From the IMG/VR virus record IMGVR_UViG_3300037484_000565, positions 1 through 61,374 of that record: a DNA stretch of 61,374 nucleotides. The stretch is one strand, 5' to 3'. Of the stretch, positions 20,489-30,618 are shown piece by piece. Source of the DNA: a virus (Duplodnaviria; Caudoviricetes). Within the stretch, counting starts at the first letter, position 1. Every line of letters begins with the position of its first letter. The translations under genes were made by a program, and so were the position numbers. The notes below the pieces were generated by a model, which searched no databases, was not told the origin of the DNA, and was given only the letters and a program-made list of their open reading frames with translations.

Positions 20489-21120
20489 GGCAGCACCTCC
20501 GCCGGATCGACTATCGGGAATGCCGTCAGCGCACTGCCTGGCGTCGCGTTGATGCACTCGATCCCCAGCCGTTTGAGGCTTTCGGCGATTGCGGGGAACC
20601 GCGCCAGGAACTTCATGTAGGGATCATGAGTCGGCGCGTTCTTATGCTCCGAATGCCAGTTGTTTTGGCCGTCGACCTTGTGCATGTCGAAGCCGAGCAG
20701 GATGATCCGCTTCGCTCCGAAGTGGACGGCGAGATTGATGGCGCATGCTCCGGAGTTCGCATTCCAGGCGAGCAATGCCGGGTCCTTGAAGATTCCCTCC
20801 GGCGAGTTCTTCTTGCGCACGACGCGCACGCCGAGAGCGCGACCGAGCGCAGACAAGTGTCCCTCGTGCGCGCTGACCTTCAATCCCGGGAACTGTCGCA
20901 GTCCATCCTCGTGCCACTGCATCCATCGCAGGTCGCCGAAAAAGACAACGTCGATCCACGCCCCGAGCTTGTAGGCGTTGTTCACGGCGATAACCCGCTG
21001 CCCACGCAATCTATCCACGTCGACGCTCTTCAAACTCGGTCCGCCGCCGAGGATGAAGACCGTTCGCCCGGGCCAGATGCGCGGCACCCGCCAGTATCGG
21101 CCATCATCCTTGGTCGGCAT
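20485..21120 (-). CDS. MAF_flag10/MptE-like (DUF115) putative glycosyltransferase
   Basis: ILGGGPSL, VIAVN, NSG..AINLA..GAKRIILLGFDM, INATPGSAL. Confidence 0.75.
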   Translation of the reverse strand: MPTKDDGRYWRVPRIWPGRTVFILGGGPSLKSVDVDRLRGQRVIAVNNAYKLGAWIDVVFFGDLRWMQWHEDGLRQFPGLKVSAHEGHLSALGRALGVRVVRKKNSPEGIFKDPALLAWNANSGACAINLAVHFGAKRIILLGFDMHKVDGQNNWHSEHKNAPTHDPYMKFLARFPAIAESLKRLGIECINATPGSALTAFPIVDPAEVLP

Positions 21121-21478
21121 TTGGCTCCACCTGCACGGCTTCAACAAAATTGCCCGCGATTGTCGGCTCGCTGAACGTGTCGATCGACACGCCCGCGAGG
21201 TCTGCTGCTTCGTTGGCAGCGAGAGGTGCGTCGTTAATCGGATTGCCACTGCCCGGATTGACGACATTGAACGTCCCGTCACCGATAGGCACGATTGTCA
21301 GACCGTCTTTTGAGGGCACGACCGGCGGATCATCGTCGAGCTGCAAGAACTTGTCGATCGCTCCCCCCAGGTCCTGACGCTCGCAATCAATGACGTCGCC
21401 AGGCCGCACGATTACGGCCTGGCCATCCTTGGATTTCATGTGATGCTTACCGCATCCATCTTTCATCCGGAATCGCAT
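21104..21478 (-). CDS. Hypothetical protein following major capsid gene
   Basis: GGAG RBS upstream of MRFRMKDG; operon position. Confidence 0.6.
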   Translation of the reverse strand: MRFRMKDGCGKHHMKSKDGQAVIVRPGDVIDCERQDLGGAIDKFLQLDDDPPVVPSKDGLTIVPIGDGTFNVVNPGSGNPINDAPLAANEAADLAGVSIDTFSEPTIAGNFVEAVQVEPNADQG

Positions 21479-21545
21479 AGGACTCCTCCGCACTCGTTCA
21501 TTCATCAGCCGACTGTTTACGGCCGATCGTGAATTGACCACCCGC

Positions 21546-22589
21546 CTACGACAGGTGGATGATGCCGGACTTCCCGTCCTGGTCCGCGCGAATCTGCGGA
21601 ACCATGATGGCCATGACCTTGTAGTCGAACAGCATTCCACCCTTGGAATCCCATTCGACGGTGGTGATGTCGAGACCGGTGACCATCCGCACCGTATCCG
21701 GCTGCATCTCGGCCAGGATGACGTTGCTGGCGGTGAGCTTGTCGGCGACCTTCACGCCCTCGATGCCCGCGACCTGCAAAATGCGCTGACGGATCGTGAG
21801 ATCAGATGCGGCCTTGAAGTCGTCGTCGAGCACCTTCTCGTAGTTGGTCGGAACGTACAGCATCCACGGACCATAGTGCCCGTCGGTCAGCGATGCCTGC
21901 TTCATCGAGAGCACATCGGCGAGAATGTTGGCGCCGGTGTCCGAGGTCCAGGCGGTGCCGAGCGATACCGTGTTCCGGTTCGGGTGATTGGCGTATCCGT
22001 AGATCGTCCCGCCACCGAACGTGAACGAACCGGTGCCGTTGAAGAGCAGATCCTCGACGCATTCCGCAACCTTGCGGCCCGCGAGTTCCGCAGTGAAGAG
22101 ATCGAGACCGTCGCCGTTCTTCCGGCTTGCTTCGAGCACGCGGATCGACAACTGAAAATCCTTGTGCGCGATCGGCAACGGGAGGTACACCGTTTCGAAA
22201 TTCGGGCGATCTTTCGTGCCCGGCTTGTCGCCGGACATGGAGAGTTCGGCGGCGGAGATATCGCTGGCGTTCTGCGACTGCAGCACGGTCGAGGCGAGAC
22301 CGTTGCCGAGACGGTATTCCAGCCCGCGCGAGATCAGGTCCTGGACGCCGACCAGCCGCGAACGCGCAGCCTGCGCGACGCGCATGTCGAGCTCTTTCCA
22401 TTCATCGTACTTCAGCGTCGCGTTGACCGTCGGCGTCGCTTCGCCGTTCACGTTCATGTACGGTCGGCCATCTTTGCCGATCCATGTGCGCAGCGCATTG
22501 ACGTTCATGCCCCCGGCCATCAAGCGCCGGGCAACGTCTCCGTGTGCGGCGCCGTTGGCGAAGACGTCCATCAGTGGGTGACCCTTCAT
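21546..22589 (-). CDS. Major capsid protein (HK97 fold, encapsulin/linocin-like family)
   Basis: 347 aa; LVGVQDL, LPLPIAHKDFQLSIR.LEASR, YGYANHPNR; AAGGAGG RBS; head module position. Confidence 0.85.
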   Translation of the reverse strand: MKGHPLMDVFANGAAHGDVARRLMAGGMNVNALRTWIGKDGRPYMNVNGEATPTVNATLKYDEWKELDMRVAQAARSRLVGVQDLISRGLEYRLGNGLASTVLQSQNASDISAAELSMSGDKPGTKDRPNFETVYLPLPIAHKDFQLSIRVLEASRKNGDGLDLFTAELAGRKVAECVEDLLFNGTGSFTFGGGTIYGYANHPNRNTVSLGTAWTSDTGANILADVLSMKQASLTDGHYGPWMLYVPTNYEKVLDDDFKAASDLTIRQRILQVAGIEGVKVADKLTASNVILAEMQPDTVRMVTGLDITTVEWDSKGGMLFDYKVMAIMVPQIRADQDGKSGIIHLS

Positions 22590-22659
22590 TTGCGTATTCC
22601 TCCTTGCATTTCGTTCAGGTTGTCAATCGAATCCCGTTCAGCGTCTCCAGACTCCCCGG

Positions 22660-23121
22660 CTAGACGATCATCACCTTGATGCGCCGCGACGCGAGTGTCG
22701 TGCCGAGCGAACCGCTCAGATCGAGCGATTCCAGTGCGACCGCGACGATGCTGTTCGTCTTGACCAGGCCGACGGACGCATCCGTGTCGATCACCTGCAG
22801 CTCGCCGTCGCCGTGCGACTCGAGGAACGAGGTGAATGCTGTGGCGTTTTCGCCGTCTGCCAGGAGGGCGTAGACCTCGGACCCCGGCGCGAACACGCCG
22901 AGCGAGACCACGTTGCTGATCGTGTACACGTCGGTGACGTCATTGCCCTGGTGGTCGTCTTCGAGCGCGAACATCGGATAGGCGTTGCCAGCCAGCGTCG
23001 CATGCTTCTTGACTCCGGTCGCGGTCAGCTCGCAGAGGTAGCCGGGATAGATATCGCCGGCGTCCGCGGTGGCCTCGTGCTTGATCGGATCTCCCTTGAG
23101 GGTGATCGTGTTGTATGCCAT
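22660..23121 (-). CDS. Capsid decoration/cement protein
   Basis: Small beta-rich protein between protease and MCP; GAGGAGG RBS. Confidence 0.7.
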   Translation of the reverse strand: MAYNTITLKGDPIKHEATADAGDIYPGYLCELTATGVKKHATLAGNAYPMFALEDDHQGNDVTDVYTISNVVSLGVFAPGSEVYALLADGENATAFTSFLESHGDGELQVIDTDASVGLVKTNSIVAVALESLDLSGSLGTTLASRRIKVMIV

Positions 23122-23152
23122 CGTGATTTCCTCCTCGATCCATGTTGGATTC

Positions 23153-23262
23153 CGCGAAAAAGGCCCTGCGCTTCTCCGGTCGCTGAGGCAGGACCGGAGG
23201 CACAGGGCCTCAGACTTTCGCGTCGCCTTAACCGGGGATCGGCCGGTGGCGTGTGAGTCAGA
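23153..23262 (-). ncRNA. Conserved structured RNA element, copy B (upstream of capsid genes)
   Basis: GCC-ACCGG/CCGGU-UAA-GGC then GCGAAAGUCUGAGGCCCUG...CAGGGCCUUUUUCGC. Confidence 0.7.
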
Positions 23263-23328
23263 ATCTCAATTCATCGTTTGCGTTACGTCGTCTCCGCTCG
23301 TGCGCGGGCAATGCCGCGTTAGGCAGCC

Positions 23329-25113
23329 TTACTTCTTCTCGAACGTCTTCGGAGCTTCCAGCACCGTCTCGGTGTTGGCCGCCGGCGCCGGACCGCCCCC
23401 CTTGCCTTCGAAGTTGACCTCGACAGCCCCGAGATCGGCGAGCTGCTGCAACTCGGTCGTGCACTTCACCTGGAGCTGTTCGGCAGTGAACTTGTTGCGC
23501 GTGTTGGCCAGGAGCCCATCGATGAGCGCTTTCTTGGCGGCGTTCTCGCGCGCGAGCGCGTTGACCAGCAGCGGCTTGAATTCCGGCGGCGCTGCGGCGA
23601 CGTACTCATCGGCCGTCTTCGCAACCACCGGAGCCGCATTCGTTGCCGGCGCCGCCGCGGGAGTGACTTCCGCCGGTGTGAGTTTGTCGATCTGTTCGTC
23701 CGAGAGGCTGTCCAGCCACGGACGGTCGCACTCGACAAACCGTGTCGCCGTATTGGCGATCAGGGCGTCGATTTTGGTTTTCTTCATCGTGTTTTTCTCC
23801 TTCCGTTTGTTGGCAGCCATCTCGGGAACGGGCGTATAAACCGTCTCCTCGATGACTTCAGTGACTGTTTCTCCGAGTGTGACGACGCCGGCGTCGCCCA
23901 TGGAGTAATCGCGCTTGTACAGGTGATAGGAGTATCCACCTGTCGCCGGATTGTGACCGCGTGCCTCGTAGATGAAATAGGCGTCGAACACTGTTCGCAC
24001 CCAGTTGATCCACTGGTCGCTGTCGAATGTGTTGACGATCTGCTGGAGCTTCCCGCGGATCGAGTCGTGACTGACATCGGCGTTGATGGTCCAAGCGAAG
24101 CCCAGATCCTTCAACGCGCGCAGTGCAGCGATCGGGCTCGGCTTGGGATCGAGATCGCCAATGGCGGGCGCCGCCGCGGGTGCCGGGATTCCCGTATTGA
24201 GCGTGCCCATGGCATTGGTTGCATTGGTTGCGATGTTTGCCGGATCGCCGAGTGGTAATTGACCGGCTGCTGCTTTCGTCATAGGTTCCTCCAGTGTAGC
24301 TTGATTCGCTCTGACTCCGCATCCGTCAGCCCAAGAGCACGCACCCTGCCCTCCAGGGAGAACGGCAAGATGGTCAGGGCGGATGTTCGTCATGACCGCT
24401 TCGTATGTCTCGCCGTTCCATGTGCCGGATGCCTCCTCAATGTCTCCGAATAATCCGGTGGAGACTTCCAACTGACGACCGGAACGGATGATTGACAGCA
24501 GGGCCGGTTCGACCGCCATCGCCTTGTCTTCGTCGAACCATATTTCGGCGCGGAGCTTCGATGCACCTCGATCGAAGTGCGCGTGAAAGAGCCGACCCAC
24601 CACCTGGCTCTCGATGACTTCGGGCGAGTTGGCCGAGACGGGGCGATCTCCTTCGAATGGATGGAAGAGCGGCACGGCCGCGCCATTCCACGATTCGACG
24701 TGCTGTGCGAGCTCATCAGAGGAGTAGAAAATCGGGATTCCACTGACGCCTATGTGCACGCCCTCAACCATGAGAACCACGGGGACCACGATCTGCTTGC
24801 GTCCATCGAGCATCGCTTCGCGGATCGTGTATTCCTGGGCAGATGAAACCGTGAAGACCTCTGCCATATTCGCTTCCGGTGTCGCCGCTTCGAAGGTCCC
24901 CCCGTGCGCTTCACAGTGCTCGCGCGCCTGGGCTTCGGTCCAACTGCGAATCTTGTACCGGTACGCCTGGTCCTCGTAGCTGCCGTCTGATTTCTTGCCC
25001 CGAATCACGTCGTGCGTTTTGTCGATACTCGCAGAGTGACGCTTGACGCGCGAGAAGCTCGCGTATCGGCCCGGCGGATGCAGGCGGCAGGCGTGTTCAT
25101 TCGGATATGGCAT
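23329..25113 (-). CDS. Capsid maturation protease/scaffold (DUF2213-like)
   Basis: W.GAAVPLFHP, LEVSTG, IRPDHLAVLP..GACS..DGCG; low-complexity scaffold-like C-terminus. Confidence 0.82.
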   Translation of the reverse strand: MPYPNEHACRLHPPGRYASFSRVKRHSASIDKTHDVIRGKKSDGSYEDQAYRYKIRSWTEAQAREHCEAHGGTFEAATPEANMAEVFTVSSAQEYTIREAMLDGRKQIVVPVVLMVEGVHIGVSGIPIFYSSDELAQHVESWNGAAVPLFHPFEGDRPVSANSPEVIESQVVGRLFHAHFDRGASKLRAEIWFDEDKAMAVEPALLSIIRSGRQLEVSTGLFGDIEEASGTWNGETYEAVMTNIRPDHLAVLPGGQGACSWADGCGVRANQATLEEPMTKAAAGQLPLGDPANIATNATNAMGTLNTGIPAPAAAPAIGDLDPKPSPIAALRALKDLGFAWTINADVSHDSIRGKLQQIVNTFDSDQWINWVRTVFDAYFIYEARGHNPATGGYSYHLYKRDYSMGDAGVVTLGETVTEVIEETVYTPVPEMAANKRKEKNTMKKTKIDALIANTATRFVECDRPWLDSLSDEQIDKLTPAEVTPAAAPATNAAPVVAKTADEYVAAAPPEFKPLLVNALARENAAKKALIDGLLANTRNKFTAEQLQVKCTTELQQLADLGAVEVNFEGKGGGPAPAANTETVLEAPKTFEKK

Positions 25114-25663
25114 ATTGATTCCTCCCGGCCAGGGCCTCCTGAAGTCCCGTCATTCCCTCGAACGAGGCGTCTGGGTTTATCATTTCGAACGAATCCTCTG
25201 CGCCATACGTCCGTCCGCAATAAGGGCAGTAACCGTTGAAGATTTTCAGGCCGCACATGTCGCAGATGTGGTTGTGGCCGACATCGGATGGATAGTCGAA
25301 TTCCTGCTCGGGCAATACCCCCAGTACGTCGATATCTGATGTTGCCATCAGGGCGAGAAGAGCCGCGCTTGGATGTGTGCGACGGATAGACTCGCGAGAT
25401 TGCTTTTCTGGGCGCCTCTCCTTGGCGGATGCACACACGCGGACGCGACAGGTAGCGCAGACTCGACCGTATTGGGGACCATCGGTCCACTTTCTGATCT
25501 CAATCAGCCTGGTAGTGCCATGTCTATCCCTTGCATAAATTCGCCCGACGCGTAAATCACATAAAGTCAGGCGATCAGAAGTCGAGTCGGTCCGAAAATG
25601 GACACGCCCGCCGATGACGACTGACGCGCCCCCCATGATGCTGACGGCCTCTTCGGTTGTCAT
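25097..25663 (-). CDS. Hypothetical Cys-rich (zinc-finger) protein
   Basis: ATGA overlap; CATC, CDMC, CPYC; could be two short genes. Confidence 0.45.
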   Translation of the reverse strand: MTTEEAVSIMGGASVVIGGRVHFRTDSTSDRLTLCDLRVGRIYARDRHGTTRLIEIRKWTDGPQYGRVCATCRVRVCASAKERRPEKQSRESIRRTHPSAALLALMATSDIDVLGVLPEQEFDYPSDVGHNHICDMCGLKIFNGYCPYCGRTYGAEDSFEMINPDASFEGMTGLQEALAGRNQYAISE

Positions 25664-26628
25664 GCCGCCATCCTCAATTCCTCTTGCCGAACGGCCATCG
25701 CCGGTTGTCGCATGATCACCGGCAAGAACGCGCACCGGCATTGCGGGTGCGCCGGGATCAACCCGGCCGCCTGTTCGAGCGTGTAGGGCCCGCCGAGCGC
25801 GAGACTATCGCAGAGATCGCATACGCGATCGTCTCCGGCAGTGCTGACCTCGGCCTGCACTTCAACCTGGATATCCCCAGCAGCCTGCCGGTACTCGATC
25901 AGCGTCGCCTCCGTGTGCGCCTTGATGACCTCAGTTCGAGCGATGAGTGTCGCCCGCGTCTTCCCCACATGGTCAACCGCATAGTTGACGTTCTTCAGGA
26001 TGTTCCGCGCGATGGTCTTCGGATTGAGACCCTCAGCCATGCCCTGCGCTAATTGGTTCGTAAGCCCGTCCGAGAGCGCGCGTCTGATCCTCGCGTTCGT
26101 GGCTTCTGCCACTGTCTTCAGGTCCTCGTATGTCCGAGTGTAGATCAGGCCCACGCGGTCTGCATGGAACCCGGCGTTCATCGCGCCAGCGATTCCACCA
26201 GGTGCGCTTTGGATCCCAGCGACGGGATAACCCTTTTTCTTGAGCTCCGTACGCGCCCGCGCGATGCCCATCTGATAAGCAGACCGGATGTAGATATTTG
26301 ACCAGGCTTCCTCTGCGCTCAGTCGCGCACCAGGCCTGCTGACCAATTCGAGAATTCCTTGATCCTCTTGCTGCTTCAGCCACTTCATGAAGCCAGCGAT
26401 CTTGGCCTCTGTGCGCGCGAAGTCGAACGCCTTGGAACCGGTCGGAGAATGAACCGTGATTACTCCGGTCTGGATTCCAAAGCAATCCTGATCGACGATG
26501 GACTTCGTGATGTCAGATTTCAACTTCGCCCACCGCCTCCGGACATCGCGCACGAACGCCGCGCGGATGCCCGTGGTCCTCGTCGGATCACGTCGACCAG
26601 CAGCGTTTATGATCAGACGCTTTCTCAC
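25660..26628 (-). CDS. Minor head morphogenesis protein (Mu gpF/SPP1 gp7-like)
   Basis: RATLIARTE, TAGDDRVC..C, PAHPQCRC. Confidence 0.9.
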   Translation of the reverse strand: MRKRLIINAAGRRDPTRTTGIRAAFVRDVRRRWAKLKSDITKSIVDQDCFGIQTGVITVHSPTGSKAFDFARTEAKIAGFMKWLKQQEDQGILELVSRPGARLSAEEAWSNIYIRSAYQMGIARARTELKKKGYPVAGIQSAPGGIAGAMNAGFHADRVGLIYTRTYEDLKTVAEATNARIRRALSDGLTNQLAQGMAEGLNPKTIARNILKNVNYAVDHVGKTRATLIARTEVIKAHTEATLIEYRQAAGDIQVEVQAEVSTAGDDRVCDLCDSLALGGPYTLEQAAGLIPAHPQCRCAFLPVIMRQPAMAVRQEELRMAA

Positions 26629-26927
26629 CGCTCTCCCACGATGATCACGAACGAGCGCTCGTCAATCCGGCCCTCGGAGGTCGTGATCTTGTTCGAGACC
26701 GTGTACGAGTTCCCGGCGGTACCGCCGGAAATCCAAACCTTGGTCGTGGTGTCGTCTGCTTCGTCTGAGACTTCGGTCAAGCCATCCGGCACCGTCCACA
26801 CGCTGGCAGAGATCGTCTCCGCCGATTCGAGATAAGGACCGCCCTCGTCGGCTGGCGCCTCCCAATCGAATCCATAATCAAGCGTCGCGTCCGGGTCTTT
26901 CCGGAATGTCTGCACCTTGCAGGTCAC
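26625..26927 (-). CDS. Fibre adaptor-like virion protein
   Basis: KDPDATLDYGFDW..TKVWISGGTAG..Y..TTSEGRIDERSF. Confidence 0.75.
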   Translation of the reverse strand: MTCKVQTFRKDPDATLDYGFDWEAPADEGGPYLESAETISASVWTVPDGLTEVSDEADDTTTKVWISGGTAGNSYTVSNKITTSEGRIDERSFVIIVGER

Positions 26928-27169
26928 CTGGCCCCCCTGACCGATGTGTCGCGATCATCGCGTTTTACCTGAATCATTCGCGGATCAGGCTCGATGGCAA
27001 TCATCCGGTCTTCGCAATTGACCATGAGCGTTCGATTCTCTGCGGCAACTGGCGTGATCCGGTCTTCCGCCATGACGACGACGGTCCGATCCAGCGGCAG
27101 AACAATCGGCGGCGGCACCGCGAAGGATGCCGCAAACCCCAAATTCATCAGCCAGCCGAGTGCCGCCAT
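26924..27169 (-). CDS. Hypothetical virion-associated protein
   Basis: Translationally coupled; repeated (D/N)R-x-hydrophobic-A/E units. Confidence 0.6.
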   Translation of the reverse strand: MAALGWLMNLGFAASFAVPPPIVLPLDRTVVVMAEDRITPVAAENRTLMVNCEDRMIAIEPDPRMIQVKRDDRDTSVRGAR

Positions 27170-30100
27170 TATTGCACCACCACGTATGTCAGATGCCCGG
27201 AGACCTGCACCGCCGCCGAGAGTTCCATGTTGAGCAATTCATTCGCGACGGTCTCGAAGTGCCCGACCGGCGAGAACGCGCATGAGACGCCGGAGTTCGT
27301 CGTCAGGGACATGACGCCAGTAAGCGCGGTCCCGCCTGCCGCAGATTCAAAGCGGACGTTCACCGCGCCCGCTGCGACGATCGTGTAGGAGAGCACTCGA
27401 ATCTTATTCGACGCACCGGCGGCCGCCACCAACGTGTTGTCACCGGAGGTCGCGCCGCTGATGATGACAAACACCGGCGTCACCGCTGTGAGTCCGTTCT
27501 GAATCTTGTCGGTCGCGAGTTTGGCAGTGATGCTGCTGGCCGTCGCGACAACTACCGGCATTGAGGTCACGTCCACGTCGCCGATATCCACGCCTGAGTT
27601 CGCCGCCAACTTGCCGATGGCATTCGCTCCGGTCGGGAGTGCACCAACGATGTCACACTGAAGTTCATTCCCACCAACCGCATTGTCGAGCAATTCGACG
27701 GACGTCTTAATCGCCGCAAGGGTCGTTTCGGTCGCAGCGCCGGTCGGGAGTGACACCGTACCGCTCACATTGGTCACATTCCACGTCCCGGATTGTGTCG
27801 CTGCTACTGTTCCGTCAACCGTGAGTGATGCGCCGTTGTCATCAACGGATAAAACGCCTGTGGAGTCAGTCGCAATCGTGACGCGTTGCGCCGTCGCTTC
27901 AGTTCCAGATCCGACTACCGATAGAGCAGCATTGTCAACCGTCAGCGATGATGCGCCATCGTCCACGCTGATGACATTCCCGCCGTCCTGGATGTTGACC
28001 GCGGCTGCGCCCGATGCATTATCGATGGTGACGTCGTGACTATTTGGAAGCTGCAGGGCAGCCGTCGCCGCGCCAGTCGGCAATGCCGAGGTCACAACGT
28101 CGACCTGCATTTCTGTTCCGCTGATGGCATTGTCGATCAGTTCGACGGCAGTCTTGATCGCCGAAGCCGACGCCTCGGTGCAGTTGAAATCCGCCGCTGT
28201 CGGTTGCACGACTTCGATGTCAGCGCCTTGGTGAATCTTCACGCGCTGGTATCCCTTTTCGTCGAAGTATGCGTTCACCCGGTCATTGTCGGCCACCGCT
28301 GCCGGTTCGGCGGTGCGTGCCTTGCCGCCGATCTTGACGGGCTTGTCTGACGAATCGGCGGCATCGTGGGCGATGTCACCTGCAACCGCCGCAACAACAT
28401 ACATCGGGGCAGATGGATCATAACCGATAGGCACGCCGCTCGATGGCTCGATCATGATTACTGCGAGTGCATCTAATCCCGCCGTGCCCAGGACGCTGAC
28501 CGGAGTTGTTCCATCCGTGAGCATTACAGGCATCGGCTTCGCTGCGCTCACAGGCGTAAGCGTGTCGGCAGCATCTTCCCACAAGACCGCGGTTCCGGTG
28601 ATCGACGCATCGGTGTCGCCCTCGGTATACTGCGTCCCGCCCCCGCCGCCCGACAAGACGTCAATCTGAAGGTGGCCATCGGAATCAGTCTTCAATGTCT
28701 GTGCGTTCGTACCGTCTTCACCGGCAACTTGAAGCGCAGTCGCGCCCTTGGCCGCGCCATCTGTCTTGACGGCGGCAGCGACCGACTCAACGGCTGTCTT
28801 GATTGTCCCTGAATTCGTTTCGGTGATCGCACCGGATGCTATGACGACCGATTCGCTATCGAGCGTGACTTTCACATCGGCGGTCTGTCCTGCGCCGCCG
28901 GTCACCGTCACCACGTCAGTCGATGTGAGATTGCGCACATCCAGATCGGTCGCGCTCACTGGCACAGCACTCTGATTGCTCGCGAGAACTACCGGCACAG
29001 ACGCCGCCATGAGGGCTTGCCCCTGGGCGGGAACCTTGCCATCGATCGAAGTGGTATCCCCGGCGATCGTCGCCGTATCCGTTTTCACGCCCGCGAGATT
29101 GCCGCCGGTTTCAAGGGCCAATGCCGATGTATTGAGATTCGTTCCGGCGTTTGCTGTTACCGTCCCGCTGATCGGCTGGGTGACGGCTGATCCGTCGACC
29201 GGCAACGGCTTCGCGGCGCTGACGGCGCGCAAGGTATCTGCCGCGTCTTCCCACAACATGGCCGTCCCGGTGATCGTTGCGTCAGTCTCGCCCTCAGTGT
29301 ATTGGGCGCCAGCCGAACCTCCGCTCACAATGTCCACCTGAACGTTGCCACTGGCATCGACCGCGATATTCCGCGCTACGGAACCGTCGTCGCCTTGGAT
29401 TAGCACACCCTTTGCGGGCAATGCGCCAGCGTCCGTCGCCTGCACGTCGTCGATCTTGGCGACCTCTGTGGCGATGGTCGCGAGATTCCCGCCAGCCTCA
29501 ACAGCGAGTGCCGATGTGTTGAGGTTGGTTCCAGCGTTGGCCGTTACCGTGCCCGATACCGTCACCGACCCTGTGACCGCGGTCGACGGCGCCGTGAGGA
29601 CATCAATCTGTAGATGGCCGTCCGAGTCCGTCTTGATCGTCTGCGCGTTTGTGCCGTCCTCGCCCGCAACCTGGACTGCCGTTGCGCTTTTGGTGGCACC
29701 ATCCGCCTTGACTGTCCCCGCGACGGATTCGACGGCTGTCTTTACAGCGGCCGAATTCGTCTCGGTAACAGTGCCGGATGCGACGGTGACGCTTCCACTC
29801 ACGGGTTGGGTCACCGCTGATCCATCAACTTTGAGCGCCGTCATGCTCGTGACGCCTTGCACGGTGATGACATCAGCCGACGGCGATCCCGCCGTTCCAA
29901 TCGCCGGTTGCTTCGCCGCAGTCGAAGCGCCAGTCGGCAACGCGCTGGATGCGACCGCGACCGCGCCAGTGTTGCAGGCCGTCACCTTCCCATTCAGCGT
30001 CGATAACGTCGCCTCTGTCGCGACCCCTCCGACCGTCCCGAGATTCGCAGTCACCGTTCCATCGACGGTGATCGAATTCCCGCCGTCTTGGATATTCACC

Positions 30101-30615
30101 GCTGCCGCGCCCGCCGCATTGTCGACCGTGACGTTGTGGCCGTCCGGGAGTTGCGCCGCCAACGTGGCCGCGCCGGTTGGCAACGGCAACGCCGCCGCAG
30201 ATACCGGCACAGCGCTCGCCCGAAGCTGTATATCGGTGAGCGGACCCGAAGCGGTCACCGTGCCAGAGATGGGCACTGCCGTCGCCCGCAATTGGGTGTC
30301 GGTTAATGGCCCGTCGACGGTCAGCGATCCGCCGTTGTCATCGACTGAGAGAACGCCGGTCGAATCGCTTGCAATCGTCACCCTCTGCGCGGTTGCCTCT
30401 GCGCCGCCTCCGACAACGGACAGCGTCGCATTGTCAACCGTGAGCGATCCGGCGGCATCGGATACCGGCAACGGATTCGCCGTCGATACCGGCGTCTGCG
30501 TACCGTCCGCGCCAAACTCGATCTTCACAAGCTGATGATGGATGGAACCGGCGGCCTCATCGGTCGCCAGCGTTGCACCACCAGACCCGGCGTTGAGTGT
30601 GATATTGTCAGCCAT
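27169..30615 (-). CDS. Large Ala/Thr/Gly/Val-rich repetitive fibre-like protein (probable head fibre)
   Basis: 1148 aa; several duplicated internal modules; located in head module. Confidence 0.7.
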   Translation of the reverse strand: MADNITLNAGSGGATLATDEAAGSIHHQLVKIEFGADGTQTPVSTANPLPVSDAAGSLTVDNATLSVVGGGAEATAQRVTIASDSTGVLSVDDNGGSLTVDGPLTDTQLRATAVPISGTVTASGPLTDIQLRASAVPVSAAALPLPTGAATLAAQLPDGHNVTVDNAAGAAAVNIQDGGNSITVDGTVTANLGTVGGVATEATLSTLNGKVTACNTGAVAVASSALPTGASTAAKQPAIGTAGSPSADVITVQGVTSMTALKVDGSAVTQPVSGSVTVASGTVTETNSAAVKTAVESVAGTVKADGATKSATAVQVAGEDGTNAQTIKTDSDGHLQIDVLTAPSTAVTGSVTVSGTVTANAGTNLNTSALAVEAGGNLATIATEVAKIDDVQATDAGALPAKGVLIQGDDGSVARNIAVDASGNVQVDIVSGGSAGAQYTEGETDATITGTAMLWEDAADTLRAVSAAKPLPVDGSAVTQPISGTVTANAGTNLNTSALALETGGNLAGVKTDTATIAGDTTSIDGKVPAQGQALMAASVPVVLASNQSAVPVSATDLDVRNLTSTDVVTVTGGAGQTADVKVTLDSESVVIASGAITETNSGTIKTAVESVAAAVKTDGAAKGATALQVAGEDGTNAQTLKTDSDGHLQIDVLSGGGGGTQYTEGDTDASITGTAVLWEDAADTLTPVSAAKPMPVMLTDGTTPVSVLGTAGLDALAVIMIEPSSGVPIGYDPSAPMYVVAAVAGDIAHDAADSSDKPVKIGGKARTAEPAAVADNDRVNAYFDEKGYQRVKIHQGADIEVVQPTAADFNCTEASASAIKTAVELIDNAISGTEMQVDVVTSALPTGAATAALQLPNSHDVTIDNASGAAAVNIQDGGNVISVDDGASSLTVDNAALSVVGSGTEATAQRVTIATDSTGVLSVDDNGASLTVDGTVAATQSGTWNVTNVSGTVSLPTGAATETTLAAIKTSVELLDNAVGGNELQCDIVGALPTGANAIGKLAANSGVDIGDVDVTSMPVVVATASSITAKLATDKIQNGLTAVTPVFVIISGATSGDNTLVAAAGASNKIRVLSYTIVAAGAVNVRFESAAGGTALTGVMSLTTNSGVSCAFSPVGHFETVANELLNMELSAAVQVSGHLTYVVVQ

Positions 30616-30618
30616 CGT

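Noticed and set aside
21546-22589. Encapsulin nanocompartment
   Set aside because: Embedded among portal, protease and head-tail genes, so it is the phage capsid
27683-30535. Long plus-strand ORFs (e.g. 29345-30535) and similar antisense ORFs genome-wide
   Set aside because: Shadow frames of GC-rich minus-strand genes, with no motifs or RBS
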